Source: a virus
IMG/VR virus record: IMGVR_UViG_3300017971_000250
Coordinates: 1-64,000 of that record
DNA length: 64,000 nucleotides
Reading direction: 5' to 3' (one strand)
Shown here: one piece after another, positions 47,331 to 57,700 of the stretch
How positions within the stretch are numbered: position 1 is the first letter of the stretch
Layout: each line of letters opens with the position of its first letter
The notes under the pieces: generated by a model
The model's input: only the letters and a program-made list of their open reading frames with translations
Told to the model about the DNA's origin: nothing
Databases searched by the model: none
Position numbers and translations under genes: made by a program

Positions 47331-50266
47331 AGCTCCACCAGCTCCTTGTAGATTTCGCGGTCGATCGATAGGTCCATCTGCTGCACGCGGTTCAAGACCT
47401 GATCGACCTGCTGGTTCCGATTCAAAACTAGGTCCGGCTGTGCCGAACGATTGATGCGGATCTCGACTAGCTCCGCCCGGTTCAGTTTCAGGTCCGCCAC
47501 GAGGATATCACGAACGGCGGCTCCGAAGTAGACCGTAGCCGAGCCGAACGCGACTGTGGAGGCGATGCCGTTGCCCGAGCAATTGATGACCTGCATCAAT
47601 TGCTGCACCAGCACCGTTCCGAAAACGACGCCCGACGCGATCCCGTTCGCCGTGATGTTGAGGTCTAGCTGCGGGCTGCCGAAGGCGGCGGTCGACGCGA
47701 TCCCGGTCGGGGCAATGGTGAACCCGACCGAGGCCGTTCCGAAGGCGGCGGTCGACGCGATCCCACTCGGGGCGATATCGAGGGTCAGCTTTGCCGTGCC
47801 GAAGGTAGCCGTGGAGGCGATGCCGCTCGGGGCGATGCTGAGATTTAGCTGCGGGCTGCCGAGCGTAGCCGTGGAGGCGATGCCGCTCGGGGCGATGCTC
47901 AGCTTGACGTGGGCCGTGCCGAAGGTAGCCGTGGAGGCGATCCCCGTACAGGTGATCGTTTGCGGTCCCGCTTCCGGCTGGACCGTAGCGGTCCCGAACG
48001 CGACCGTGGGGGCGATACCGTTCGCCGTGATGTTGAGGTCTAGCTGCGGGCTGCCGAAGGCGGCGGTAGGGGTGATGCCCGTGGGGGCGATGCTCAGCTT
48101 GACGTGGGCGGTGCCGAAGACGGCGGTAGGGGCGATGCCGCTCGGTGCGACATCCTGATCCGGAGAGACCGTAGCGGCCCCGAACGCCGCCGTGGGGGCA
48201 ATGCCCGTCGTAGTGATATTGAGGTCTAGCTGCGGAGTCCCGAAGGCGGTCGTGGAGGCGATCCCGTTGCCGGAGCAGTCGATTGTTTGCCCCGTCGTGA
48301 CCGAGGCCGCTCCGAACGCGACCGTGGAGGCGATCCCGCTTGCCGTGATGTTGAGGTCTAGCTGCGGGGCCCCGAACGCAGCCGTGGAGGCAATACCACT
48401 CGGGGCGATGCTCAACTTGACGTGGGCGGTTCCGAAGGCGGCGGTAGGAGCAATGCCGCTCGGGGCGACATCCTGCTCGGGCGCTACTGTTGCCGTTCCG
48501 AAGGCGGCGGTAGGAGCGATGCCTGTGGGAGTGATGTTGAGGTCTAGCTTCGCGGTTCCGAAGGCGACCGTGGGAGCAATGCCCGAGCAGATGATTGTTT
48601 GTCCCGCTGCTACCGTCGCGGTTCCGAACGCGACCGTGGAGGCGATGCCGCTCGGGGCGATGCTCAGCTTGACGTGGGCCGTGCCGAAAGCGGTCGTGGA
48701 GGCGATGCCGTTTGCCGTGATGTTGAGGTCCAGCTTCGCGGTGCCGAAGGCGGCGGCTGGAGGAATCCCGCTTGGGGCGACGTTGAGGTCTAGCTGCGCC
48801 GTTCCGAACGCGACCGTGGAGGCGATTCCGGACGGAGCGACTTCCTGATCAGGTGCTACCGTCGCGGTTCCGAACGCGACCGTGGAGGCGATGCCGTTCG
48901 CCGTGATGTTGAGGTCTAGCTTCGCGGTTCCGAAGGCTGCTGTTGGCGCAACACCACTCGCCGTGATGTTGAGGTCTAGCTTCGCGGTTCCGAACGCGAC
49001 CGTGGAGGCGATGCCGTGGTCGGTGCAGTCGATCTCCTGCGCTACTTGCGTCTCGACCGTGGCGGTTCCGAAGGCGACGCCCGACGCGATACCGTTCGCC
49101 GTGATGTTGAGGTCTAGCTTCGCGGTTCCGAACGCGACCGTGGAGGCGATGCCGTTACCCGAGCAACTGATCGCTTGCTCGGGCTTGACTAGGATCTCGC
49201 AATAGATCGCCGTGCAGCGCCCCGTGCCAAGGGAGAAGACGTTGAGATGAACGCCGCCCTGGTAGTCGTTGAAATAGGTCGGCGTCCAGGGATCGTTCGT
49301 GTGCCCGAAGTCGACGAGGTCCATCTTCGTGCGGAAGACATAAGAGCTTCCAGGATTGTTATTCGTGGTCGTCGTATCGTCGACGCTGTTCGACCGCGAA
49401 ATGTAGCGCAGATTGATCGTCCCACCAGCCGTTTTCACAACATAATAGAGACGCAGGCAGGCGATCACGTCGCCATCGTTCATCCCGACCGTCGAGTAGT
49501 TTTCGAAGGTGACTAGCTCTTTCTGCCCATTCGTGAGAGAAGAAATGTAGTCGGAGTCGCTGGTGTGGGGCAATTCGTCGACGTCGGTGTAGTCACCACT
49601 CCATGCTGTATAGTAGCCATTCCCGTCAGGCAGCGCGATCGGGACCTCGAACTCCGAGTCCATCCGGCTCGTGTCGACAACAAAATCGTCAATGTAGATC
49701 GTGAAGGCGCTAGAGCTTCGACGGATGTAGTCGCCAAAGTAAATCCGGTCGGCCGACTCGCTCGAAAAGTCCGCAGTCCCGGAGTACTCAAGATCGCCAT
49801 TGATGTGAAGCTCATAGTTACCAGACGCCCCGCCGTCGCACCGCACCTCGATCCGATACCAGGTATCGGTTGCGAGGACCGTCGTCCCGGTGCCCTGCTC
49901 GTTGCTGTTCTTGTCGTAGAGATTGAGCTTCCCGTCGCTGGTGAGCCCGATGTAGCACATCTGCTTATTCGTCTGCGTGCGATACTGGAGGATCTCTTCG
50001 TGGCCAGACGAAGGGCGCGACGCCGCGCGGAGATAGAAGCAGACCCACGCCGGGCTGATACCGAGAAACGTCGCCAGCGTGCCTTCAGCATTGCCGGAGG
50101 CGTCGCCAATCGAGGCGTAGTTTGTCGTCGCGCCGTCACCAGTGATCTTCATAGACCGATCACCAGTGCGGACAATCGAAGACTCTAGTGCGACCGATCC
50201 GCTCGTGACCAGGAAGTAGGCTGTTAGGTCACGAACCTCCAGGCCGCCGAAGGCGCGCAACGCCAC
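47327..50266 (-). CDS. large virion protein: LamG-like N-terminus plus about 26 tandem ~20-aa repeats
   Basis: DTWYRIEVR...INGD beta-sandwich, then GIASTVAFGTAKLDLNITAN repeats. Confidence 0.75.
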   Translation of the reverse strand: MALRAFGGLEVRDLTAYFLVTSGSVALESSIVRTGDRSMKITGDGATTNYASIGDASGNAEGTLATFLGISPAWVCFYLRAASRPSSGHEEILQYRTQTNKQMCYIGLTSDGKLNLYDKNSNEQGTGTTVLATDTWYRIEVRCDGGASGNYELHINGDLEYSGTADFSSESADRIYFGDYIRRSSSAFTIYIDDFVVDTSRMDSEFEVPIALPDGNGYYTAWSGDYTDVDELPHTSDSDYISSLTNGQKELVTFENYSTVGMNDGDVIACLRLYYVVKTAGGTINLRYISRSNSVDDTTTTNNNPGSSYVFRTKMDLVDFGHTNDPWTPTYFNDYQGGVHLNVFSLGTGRCTAIYCEILVKPEQAISCSGNGIASTVAFGTAKLDLNITANGIASGVAFGTATVETQVAQEIDCTDHGIASTVAFGTAKLDLNITASGVAPTAAFGTAKLDLNITANGIASTVAFGTATVAPDQEVAPSGIASTVAFGTAQLDLNVAPSGIPPAAAFGTAKLDLNITANGIASTTAFGTAHVKLSIAPSGIASTVAFGTATVAAGQTIICSGIAPTVAFGTAKLDLNITPTGIAPTAAFGTATVAPEQDVAPSGIAPTAAFGTAHVKLSIAPSGIASTAAFGAPQLDLNITASGIASTVAFGAASVTTGQTIDCSGNGIASTTAFGTPQLDLNITTTGIAPTAAFGAATVSPDQDVAPSGIAPTAVFGTAHVKLSIAPTGITPTAAFGSPQLDLNITANGIAPTVAFGTATVQPEAGPQTITCTGIASTATFGTAHVKLSIAPSGIASTATLGSPQLNLSIAPSGIASTATFGTAKLTLDIAPSGIASTAAFGTASVGFTIAPTGIASTAAFGSPQLDLNITANGIASGVVFGTVLVQQLMQVINCSGNGIASTVAFGSATVYFGAAVRDILVADLKLNRAELVEIRINRSAQPDLVLNRNQQVDQVLNRVQQMDLSIDREIYKELVEL
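47530..49160 (-). repeat. coding tandem repeat array (units of about 60-78 bp)
   Basis: About 26 GI(A/P)(S/P)TxAFG units counted in the translation. Confidence 0.9.
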
Positions 50267-50272
50267 GGAACT

Positions 50273-50707
50273 CTACTCTTTCTCAAAACACCGGCCCCCC
50301 GGACAGTGATAGTCCGAAGACCGAATTCCTGGAGGATCTTTCATTTTCCAAAGCTCCAGATTCTCGGGACGGTTATCATCTCGCTTCCCATTCTTGTGAT
50401 GGACCCGTTCTCCCGAAAGAAGGGGGCGGCCAAGGATTCGAGACATGACAAAACGGTGTTCGAGCACATAGACCCCCCGTTTCCCCCAGGTGCTTCCCGA
50501 AGCATTGGGATGTCCTGGCGCATACCGCCAGATGTAGCCATTTGGTCCCCGAATTTTCTGTCGTGGCTTTCGCTCTCCCTGCCGCCATTCCCTCTTCCGC
50601 GCACAGGAACGCGAACAGGTCCTCACCCTACCATCGGGCCGTTGTTTGAATTCGCCACCACAAATGGGACAGATCGCGGCAACCCATCGCCTTTGTTCCA
50701 GTTGCAT
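50273..50707 (-). CDS. free-standing HNH endonuclease
   Basis: CPIC...CSRSC, YVLEHR.VM...VHHKNGKRDDNRPENLELW; start at ATG 50707 after AAGGAGG. Confidence 0.9.
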   Translation of the reverse strand: MQLEQRRWVAAICPICGGEFKQRPDGRVRTCSRSCARKREWRQGERKPRQKIRGPNGYIWRYAPGHPNASGSTWGKRGVYVLEHRFVMSRILGRPLLSGERVHHKNGKRDDNRPENLELWKMKDPPGIRSSDYHCPGGRCFEKE

Positions 50708-50712
50708 TGATC

Positions 50713-50737
50713 GGTTCCTCCTTTCCAAAGGAGAACC
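50713..50737 (-). promoter_or_regulatory. hairpin sequestering the HNH ribosome-binding site
   Basis: GGTTCTCCTT-TGGA-AAGGAGGAACC: 10-bp stem with one bulge, covering AAGGAGG. Confidence 0.65.
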
Positions 50738-50757
50738 TACCAATGGGACTATAGTGC

Positions 50758-51192
50758 CTACAAGGCAAAGATCTTATTCGCGCCCGAGTCCCAGGTGACA
50801 TTGATGTCGCCGTCGTTCGGGGTCACCGGGAGCCCCGTCGCCGTGTCGATGAAGGCGATCAGCGGGCTCGTCGAGGCGGTCCCCGTGTCCTTGTAGATCA
50901 CGAGCGACTCGCACGGGTCTCCGGACGCGACCGCAGAGAAGACCGTATCAGCCGCGTCGAAGACGCCACCCGTGATCGCCTTCGAGCTAAGGTTCGCCGT
51001 CGTCGCCACGATCCCCGCCGAGATGTCGTCGAGGTACTCATCGGTCGCCGGGACCGGAGTATCGAGCGCGTGGTCGACAAGGCAGACCTTGATGTTGTCG
51101 TCGATCAGGTCGACCGCCGTACCGCTCGTGGTTCCGAGCGTGCCGGGGTCCATGATCTTCTCCTTGTACTTCGTGAAGAGCGCGTTTGCCAT
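50758..51192 (-). CDS. virion structural protein
   Basis: MANAL...GVFDAAD...GLPVTPNDGDINVTWD...IFAL family pattern; GGAGG SD. Confidence 0.75.
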   Translation of the reverse strand: MANALFTKYKEKIMDPGTLGTTSGTAVDLIDDNIKVCLVDHALDTPVPATDEYLDDISAGIVATTANLSSKAITGGVFDAADTVFSAVASGDPCESLVIYKDTGTASTSPLIAFIDTATGLPVTPNDGDINVTWDSGANKIFAL

Positions 51193-51203
51193 TGTTCCTC
51201 CTC

Positions 51204-51797
51204 CTAGAACACCGTGCAGGTGTTCGTCACAGGCAACGGCCCCGTTGGCGGCGGGGTCGTATCGAGACCACTGATCAGGACCGTCACGTCCGCCGTGGTC
51301 GCGTTGTGAAAGCACTGCGCGATCGCGAGCGCTTTCGCTGCTCCATCCGTGGAGAGATTATTGAACTCGGAAAGCAGCGCCGCCTGAAGCGACGTCCCGA
51401 CGGCCGCTATCACCGCGCTCGTGTTCTCCACTGCGAAAATCTTAGTGCCCGATCCCTGGTTTGCACAGGGCGGACTTCCCGTCCCCGAAATCAGCGAGCC
51501 GACCGCGAAGCTCCCCCCGGTCCAGTAGGCGACGAATGCGGCCGCCATCGCCGCCGCCGCATCGGCCGCCGTCCAGGTGCTCAGCATCGCATTGAGCGCC
51601 GAGCGGAATCCGGACGGGGACTTCGAGGCGACCGAATCGCCGGAGTAGTCCTCCGCATCGCTCGCGTAGGTGTCATAAGCGTCACGGATCCGGTCCAGCG
51701 CCTCCGAGCGCGTGCTCGACCAGTAGAACCCCCCGGCCCCGGGATCGAACATCGGCAGGAACTCGTCCCGCAGTTTCGTGACGCTGAGGCTCATCAC
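51204..51797 (-). CDS. putative spike-associated structural protein
   Basis: Coupled directly after the spike gene. Confidence 0.6.
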   Translation of the reverse strand: MMSLSVTKLRDEFLPMFDPGAGGFYWSSTRSEALDRIRDAYDTYASDAEDYSGDSVASKSPSGFRSALNAMLSTWTAADAAAAMAAAFVAYWTGGSFAVGSLISGTGSPPCANQGSGTKIFAVENTSAVIAAVGTSLQAALLSEFNNLSTDGAAKALAIAQCFHNATTADVTVLISGLDTTPPPTGPLPVTNTCTVF

Positions 51798-52597
51798 TTC
51801 ACCTTGTGGTTTGATGAGAGCGCGCTCGACGGCAGGTTCGTCTCCGATACCGTCGGCGGTCCGCTCGGCCCCGTACCCGTAGGATGGATGTGCGCATTGT
51901 ACTTCGAGACGTGACCGTCGAGCCAGGTCTTGACGTCGTCGCCCCGGAGAATCGCCTGGGTTGCTCCCTTGTCAAGTTTGATATTCGTCGCGTGAACCGT
52001 GGTCGTTCCGTCCGCCGCCATCACGATAAACGAATCGCTCGCCTTGGATTGGATCGTTACCGTCCCATCGGGCTCCATCTTCAGAAGCGTCTCGTCCTCG
52101 GTAGACTGCAGCGTGATCACGCCGTCTTGATCCATCTCAAAAAACGTGATCCGGTTCTTGTGCTTGACCGTGATCACCTCGGCGTCCTTGGTATCGTCGA
52201 AGATCACGACGTGCCCGCTCGGTGACATAAAACCCCGGCGCTTCGGGTAGTTGGCCTCCGTGAAATGCGCCGGGGGCTTGAGCGCCATCGAGAACGGCCC
52301 CGTCAGGTAGCGAGTCGTCTTGGGATTGGAAACGAAGCTCTCCCAGGGTGCCGAGTCCCCACTTGCCTCGATCAGCACCTCCAGGATCACGCGCGTCTCT
52401 AGCTCCGGGATGAAGAACCAGCCTGCCCCACCTGTGGCGTCCATCGTCGGCTTCGATGCGCAGCCGCCCGCAGGCGGGATCCAAAACGGAAGCGCGATGC
52501 CCTTGGCAACCAGGTCCTGGCACTCGACCTTGATGCGTCCGAGCTTCTCGGGATCGTCGTTATCCGTAACGATTGCGTTATAGCGTTCCCACTTCAT
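51794..52597 (-). CDS. baseplate central spike (gpV/gp5 OB-fold)
   Basis: DNDDPEKLGRIKV, FFIPE, SGHVVIFDD, C-terminal HIH. Confidence 0.88.
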   Translation of the reverse strand: MKWERYNAIVTDNDDPEKLGRIKVECQDLVAKGIALPFWIPPAGGCASKPTMDATGGAGWFFIPELETRVILEVLIEASGDSAPWESFVSNPKTTRYLTGPFSMALKPPAHFTEANYPKRRGFMSPSGHVVIFDDTKDAEVITVKHKNRITFFEMDQDGVITLQSTEDETLLKMEPDGTVTIQSKASDSFIVMAADGTTTVHATNIKLDKGATQAILRGDDVKTWLDGHVSKYNAHIHPTGTGPSGPPTVSETNLPSSALSSNHKVK

Positions 52598-53922
52598 ACC
52601 AGCACCTTGTTTGCGATGAACTCGGTCTCGTAGGCGAGCCCGCCGCCGAGGTCCATCTTGTGACGCACTGCGTGGAAATAGTACGCGCCGGAGAGCCGTG
52701 GCCCGAGCCCCTGTAGCTCATGGACCTGTCGCTTCTGAAGTAGCTCGCAGCCGACGGTCTTCCCGCGCGCCATGACGAAGTGATCCTTCCGCTGCCGGAA
52801 CCACTCGGTCGCCCAGTTTGCTGCCTCGGCCAGGCCCCCGAAAGGCCGCCCCGCAATGACGTCGATCGAGACGCCGCCCGCCGCCATTCGGAATTTCGTG
52901 CTGCTGGTGATCGCGTCCATCAGCACCTCCTCCGAAGCGCCCGCGCCCTCCTCGGGATCCTCGGTGCCCTCCGCCTGGGTCCGCCGACTCGCGCGCCCGG
53001 TCCCCTTGCGCCATTTCGGATCCGGCCCCATTGCGTTCTCGACCAGGACGGTGCTGACCCAGGAATGGTAGTCCTCGCTCCAAGCTAGAACGTGGACGTC
53101 CGTGATCGTATCGCGGATCCCATAGTCAAGCTCGATTTCCAGGAGCGTACTCTCGTCGCCTTCGTTGTACTTGAAGACCAGCTCAGGCTTGATGTTGTAG
53201 CGCTCCGGGATGCGCTTCCAATTGCAAACCCAACGCCGCAGGTCGCGGTCCCAATCGATCCAGAACTCGAAGTTGTTGAGCGTGGCCAGGATGCGAAGGA
53301 ACTCGTAGTCGGACATTCCTTTCGGCTGGACGAGCCCCTCGCCCGGCTCAAAGGTCTTCGCGCTCGTGATCGGATCGATGTTCGGATGCAGGCCCCACTT
53401 CTTTGCGATCTCGCGCACGATTTCGTGGTGCTGCTTCTCGACATAGACCTGCCCGGAGTCCTCCTTCTTTTCGTTCGTGGGGTCCTCGACGGCCGCGCGC
53501 ACGCGCGTCTCTGCACCGCCCGTGATCTCGCCTTCCATGTTCATCAGGAAGAACGCCTTGTCGTGACCGAGAATCTCCAGCATGGGAACGCCGTCGGCAG
53601 GGAACTGCGGAAGGTGACGCGCAAGGATCGCGCGCCCGATAAACTTAAGGCTCGCCTCGCCTCCGTATCCCATGAAGACATCGACCTCGTTGCCGGGCTG
53701 AAAAACCTTGTGGGACACCAGGTCGGGAGGCAGGTCGCCGGAGGTGAAACCGAAGCCCTGGTTGATAACCGAGATGCGAAGCTCGTCGGATAGGTCAACC
53801 GCCGACTCGAATTCGACGGTGCTGATCAGGCGCGAAATGTCCCCCGTGACATCGTTGCCCTCAACGACGAGAGCGACGCGCGGGACGAGGTCCTCTCCGT
53901 ATGCTCGCTCGACCAATGCCAT
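52594..53922 (-). CDS. baseplate hub (gpD/gp27-like)
   Basis: GNEVDVFMGYG, Q..SDYEFL..LA, LGPRLSGAY...VRH. Confidence 0.85.
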   Translation of the reverse strand: MALVERAYGEDLVPRVALVVEGNDVTGDISRLISTVEFESAVDLSDELRISVINQGFGFTSGDLPPDLVSHKVFQPGNEVDVFMGYGGEASLKFIGRAILARHLPQFPADGVPMLEILGHDKAFFLMNMEGEITGGAETRVRAAVEDPTNEKKEDSGQVYVEKQHHEIVREIAKKWGLHPNIDPITSAKTFEPGEGLVQPKGMSDYEFLRILATLNNFEFWIDWDRDLRRWVCNWKRIPERYNIKPELVFKYNEGDESTLLEIELDYGIRDTITDVHVLAWSEDYHSWVSTVLVENAMGPDPKWRKGTGRASRRTQAEGTEDPEEGAGASEEVLMDAITSSTKFRMAAGGVSIDVIAGRPFGGLAEAANWATEWFRQRKDHFVMARGKTVGCELLQKRQVHELQGLGPRLSGAYYFHAVRHKMDLGGGLAYETEFIANKVLV

Positions 53923-53924
53923 CG

Positions 53925-54743
53925 CTACAACACATGGGACACGCGCGACTTGCGGCGGTCCTCAAAAAGCTCCCTTCGCATCGTGCTCGCCGCAGTCGTC
54001 CGCACCAGCGGGATCGAGTATGGGGTCGGTGTGAGGCCCCGGAATCGACTCGGCTTCAGGACGTCGACGGTCTGCCCTCCCACCAGGAATTCCTTTGACG
54101 GATTGCGCCTCCGTAGGAGGTCGCCCTTGAGCGCCTCCTTGTAGTGCAGCCGGGCAAGCTCCTCCCAGGTATCCCCGGTCCGGACGATGTGATGAAACGT
54201 ATCACGGTCCAGATCGGCGAGGCTCGGAATCTCGATCCCGAACGGCTCGTAGTGCTTCAGGCGCATCCGGAACTGGACGGTGCGTAGCTGCTGTCCCGGG
54301 CCGGTCCCGAGCAGCGCCCCGTAGAGCCGATCAGCAATGACCCCGGTGATCGTATCGTTTGCCCGGGGCTCGCCGTACTCAATGCCGCCGACCGATTCGA
54401 TAATGACGCTGGTGTCGATGATGAAGTCGCCCCAGGAGAAGGTCCAGAGGGGCGGCCGCTTGAGCGTCGCGTTCGCGCGCACCGCCGCGATGAGCGCCTC
54501 GACCTTGTCCGAAATCGTGTCGGTCGTCCGCTCCGCGAAGAGCAGCGCCCGGAAGGAGTAGGTTTCCGATTCCTGCGTGACGTATTGGAGCACGGGATGA
54601 TCGCGTCCGAAGGCGGACTTCTCCGCCCAATTGGACGCCACGTTTCGAATGAAACGATCCGGGACGAACTGGAACTCGATCGCCCGGTATCCTTCGTCGT
54701 TCGGATCCAACCTCGGCTTCGGTGCTCGTTTCAGAATACCCAT
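53925..54743 (-). CDS. tail tube initiator (gpU-like) with LysM domain
   Basis: FQFVP...LQY...PP...FSWG; HIVRTGDTWEELA..HY LysM. Confidence 0.8.
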   Translation of the reverse strand: MGILKRAPKPRLDPNDEGYRAIEFQFVPDRFIRNVASNWAEKSAFGRDHPVLQYVTQESETYSFRALLFAERTTDTISDKVEALIAAVRANATLKRPPLWTFSWGDFIIDTSVIIESVGGIEYGEPRANDTITGVIADRLYGALLGTGPGQQLRTVQFRMRLKHYEPFGIEIPSLADLDRDTFHHIVRTGDTWEELARLHYKEALKGDLLRRRNPSKEFLVGGQTVDVLKPSRFRGLTPTPYSIPLVRTTAASTMRRELFEDRRKSRVSHVL

Positions 54744-54753
54744 CGCTCTGCTC

Positions 54754-57700
54754 CTAGACCCTGACCGGGGTCATGTCGACGGCGCGCACGATCAGCGACC
54801 GCCGCTGCCACGGTTTCGTCTTCGCGCCCGCCCGGTCCCGGATGCCGACGCGATACTTCTCTGTGGCGACTGCGACTTTCTGACCGTCGATCTCGACGTT
54901 GGTGACATGAGTCATGTCAATTGGTGGGATCTCTTCTCCTTCCTCCTCTCCACGCTTCTCTCTGATCGTCTCCGCTAGCTGCTCCTCAAGTGATTTAGGT
55001 TTTCCCCCATACAGCTCCTCCATCATCTTCTCATAAGGCGTTACCGGATGCGTGGGGGCGAGCGAAATTTCCGATTCGCTAAGCTCGCGGAGTCCCTGGA
55101 CCGCACCCGACAGGTCGATTCCGATCTTCTTCGCAATTCCAGAAATCGAATCCAGGATAGTCGCCAAGATTCCCGCTGCCGTCCGCATTGGGGTGAGGAG
55201 CCAATTCACAAGCTGGACGCCGAATTCTCCGACCTTCCGTGCCGCCTCCGCGAACAGTTTGATCATCGCCGGAAGCACCATCGCAACGTATTTACCCGCT
55301 TGAATGAAGAGCCAGACGAGGGGACGGAACGCGGCCCATAGGATCTTCCCGACGACCACTAGTCCTTTAATCGCCACTCCGATGAGTTTGAAGATGATCA
55401 CGAGCACGTCAGCAATCGGGCGCATCGCGGACATCCAGGTGCCGCCAACCTCACCCGCCGCCTGTCCGAACATACCCAATACATCCCCCATGACCGTCCG
55501 GAACAGATCACCGATCGGGGCGACGGCTTCCATGAACGCATCGATCACGGGCCCGAATATCAGGCTGAGTTTGTGCCAGGTTGTTCTCACGAATTCGATC
55601 GACTTTCCAAAGCCCGATGCAATAGCGCCGCCAATACGCCCAAACATCTCACCCGTGCTCTCGCCACGTTTCTGAAGTAGAAGCAGCAGCACACCCACGA
55701 TCGCCCCGACAATCCCGAGCGCCTTGAGTGATCCCGCCGCCGCCCCGGCACCTCGGGCAATCCAGGATCCCGCCCGGCCGAAGCGCCCGGCCGCGACGGC
55801 CGCCCCGATCAAAGCGCCCTCGGTCTTCGCCGTCGCCGGAGTCGTCCGCGCTGCCGCTGCCCCGATAGCCTGAAGCCCGGCCGCCGCCGCCGCCGTTCCG
55901 CCCGCCGCCTGGGTCCCCGCCGCCCCAAGGCCCCGAAGCGCACCGGCAGCCCCCGTGATGGGGCCTGTGGCTGTCGTAGCGGCCGTCCCTGCCTCTCCAA
56001 GCGCCGTGGCGGTAGCTTGGACCGGACCGGGAGCCGTTAGGGCCGCTGTGCGCAGCGCTCGCATTGCCGATGCCGCGCTGAGGGTTCCGCCCGCCGCCAT
56101 CTCGGCTTTGATGGCTTCGTCGCTCAGCGCCGTCGAGGTCCGGTAGATCGGCGTCGCCGCCTGGGAGGCCGCCGTACCAACCGCCGAGGTCCCGACCGCC
56201 GCCGCCTCGGTCGTAGCCGCTGCCGCTCCAGCCGCCGCGCCCAGGGTCCCGACGCCAGTAGCCGCCGCTGCTGACTCAGCACCGGCAGCAGCCGCTGATG
56301 TCCCCATCCCCAGTAGGCCGCCGCCGAGCCCAGTGACCACGCCGATTGCGCCCCGGACGATGTTGACCCCTCCGGTCAGGATTCCGAAGAGCCCGCCGAA
56401 GGCGAACTTCAAACCAACGACCGACAGCAACACCGGCCCGGCCACCGCGCCCACGAGCGCGATGGTCGTTGCGAAACGTGCCGCCGCGCGGATCCCTTCC
56501 TCACTCATTGACGTTAGTCCGAGCGCCTCGGCTCCACGCTTGACCGTATCGAAGAGCCCCGTGACCGCGTCGGCAATTCCCTGGACCGCCTCGAAGATCC
56601 CCCGAGCGATCGCAACCGCCGTCTCTGGATTGAGGAAGCTATCCTTCTCCGCCCCCATCATCACCGCAATCGAACCGACCGACTCCATCTGGTCCCGGAC
56701 ATTCTGGAGCGGGTCGGCAACGCCCGCCTGGACCGCGCGCATCCCGAAGACGATGCTGTTGAGCCCATCGATCACGCGCCCGATGGCGATAGCAAACGGC
56801 TCCTCGAATTTCTCCTCCAGGGTGATCCAGAATGCCTCGACGGACGCGCCCACCATCTTGAGCGCCCCCGAGACGTTCTTGAGCCGCGTATCGGCCATCC
56901 GCTTCGCGGCCCCGTCCGCACCCTCGAATTGCTTGGTCAACTCCTGGAGCCGTCCCGCCTCCGTCTTCAGGAGCGCATTCCCGGCACGCATCCCCCGGAT
57001 CCCGAATAGCGTCTGCAGCGCGCTCTCCTTCTGGACCGGGGTGAGCTTTTCGAGCCCTGTGCGAAGACGATCAACAACCGTTCCGAGACCGTAGGTTGTC
57101 ACGCTAACCTGGTGTGCCTGCAGCCCCATATCCATGAGCAGCTTCTTCGCCTGCTTCGATGGGCTCGCCAGGTGGATCAGCATTTGCGAGAAGTTTGTCC
57201 CCGCCATCGACGCGCGGACACCACGGTCGGCCATGACCGCAAAGGCGGCCGTCGTCTCTTCGAGGCTGATATTCATCATCGACGCCTGCGCCGCGCCGTA
57301 GACGAACGACTCCCCGAGCATTCGGATGTTCGTATTGGCGCTGGCCGCCGCGTTCGCAAGGACATCGGCAACGTGCCCCGCGTCGCTGGCGTCGAGGTTC
57401 ATCCCCCGGACCGCGATGGAGATGATATCGGCGGCCTCGGCCATCTCCAGCCCTTCGGCTGCGGCTGCGGCAAGAACACCCGGGGTCGCCCCCAGGACTT
57501 CGTTGACGTTGAAGCCCGCGCGGGAGAGAATCTCCATCGCGTTAGCGACCTGGGTTCCGGTGTAGACGGTCTGTAGAGATAGATCGACGGCGTTCTGACG
57601 CAGCCGACTCATGTCCTCGCTGGTTGCATTCGTGATCGCCTGGACGCCGGACATTCCCTCGTTGAACTTCGTCGCGGAGCGGACGCCCATAGCGACCGGG

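Noticed and set aside
47530-49160. Repeat array as a possible CRISPR or DGR
   Set aside because: The repeats are degenerate, in-frame and coding, with no unique spacers, cas genes or reverse transcriptase.
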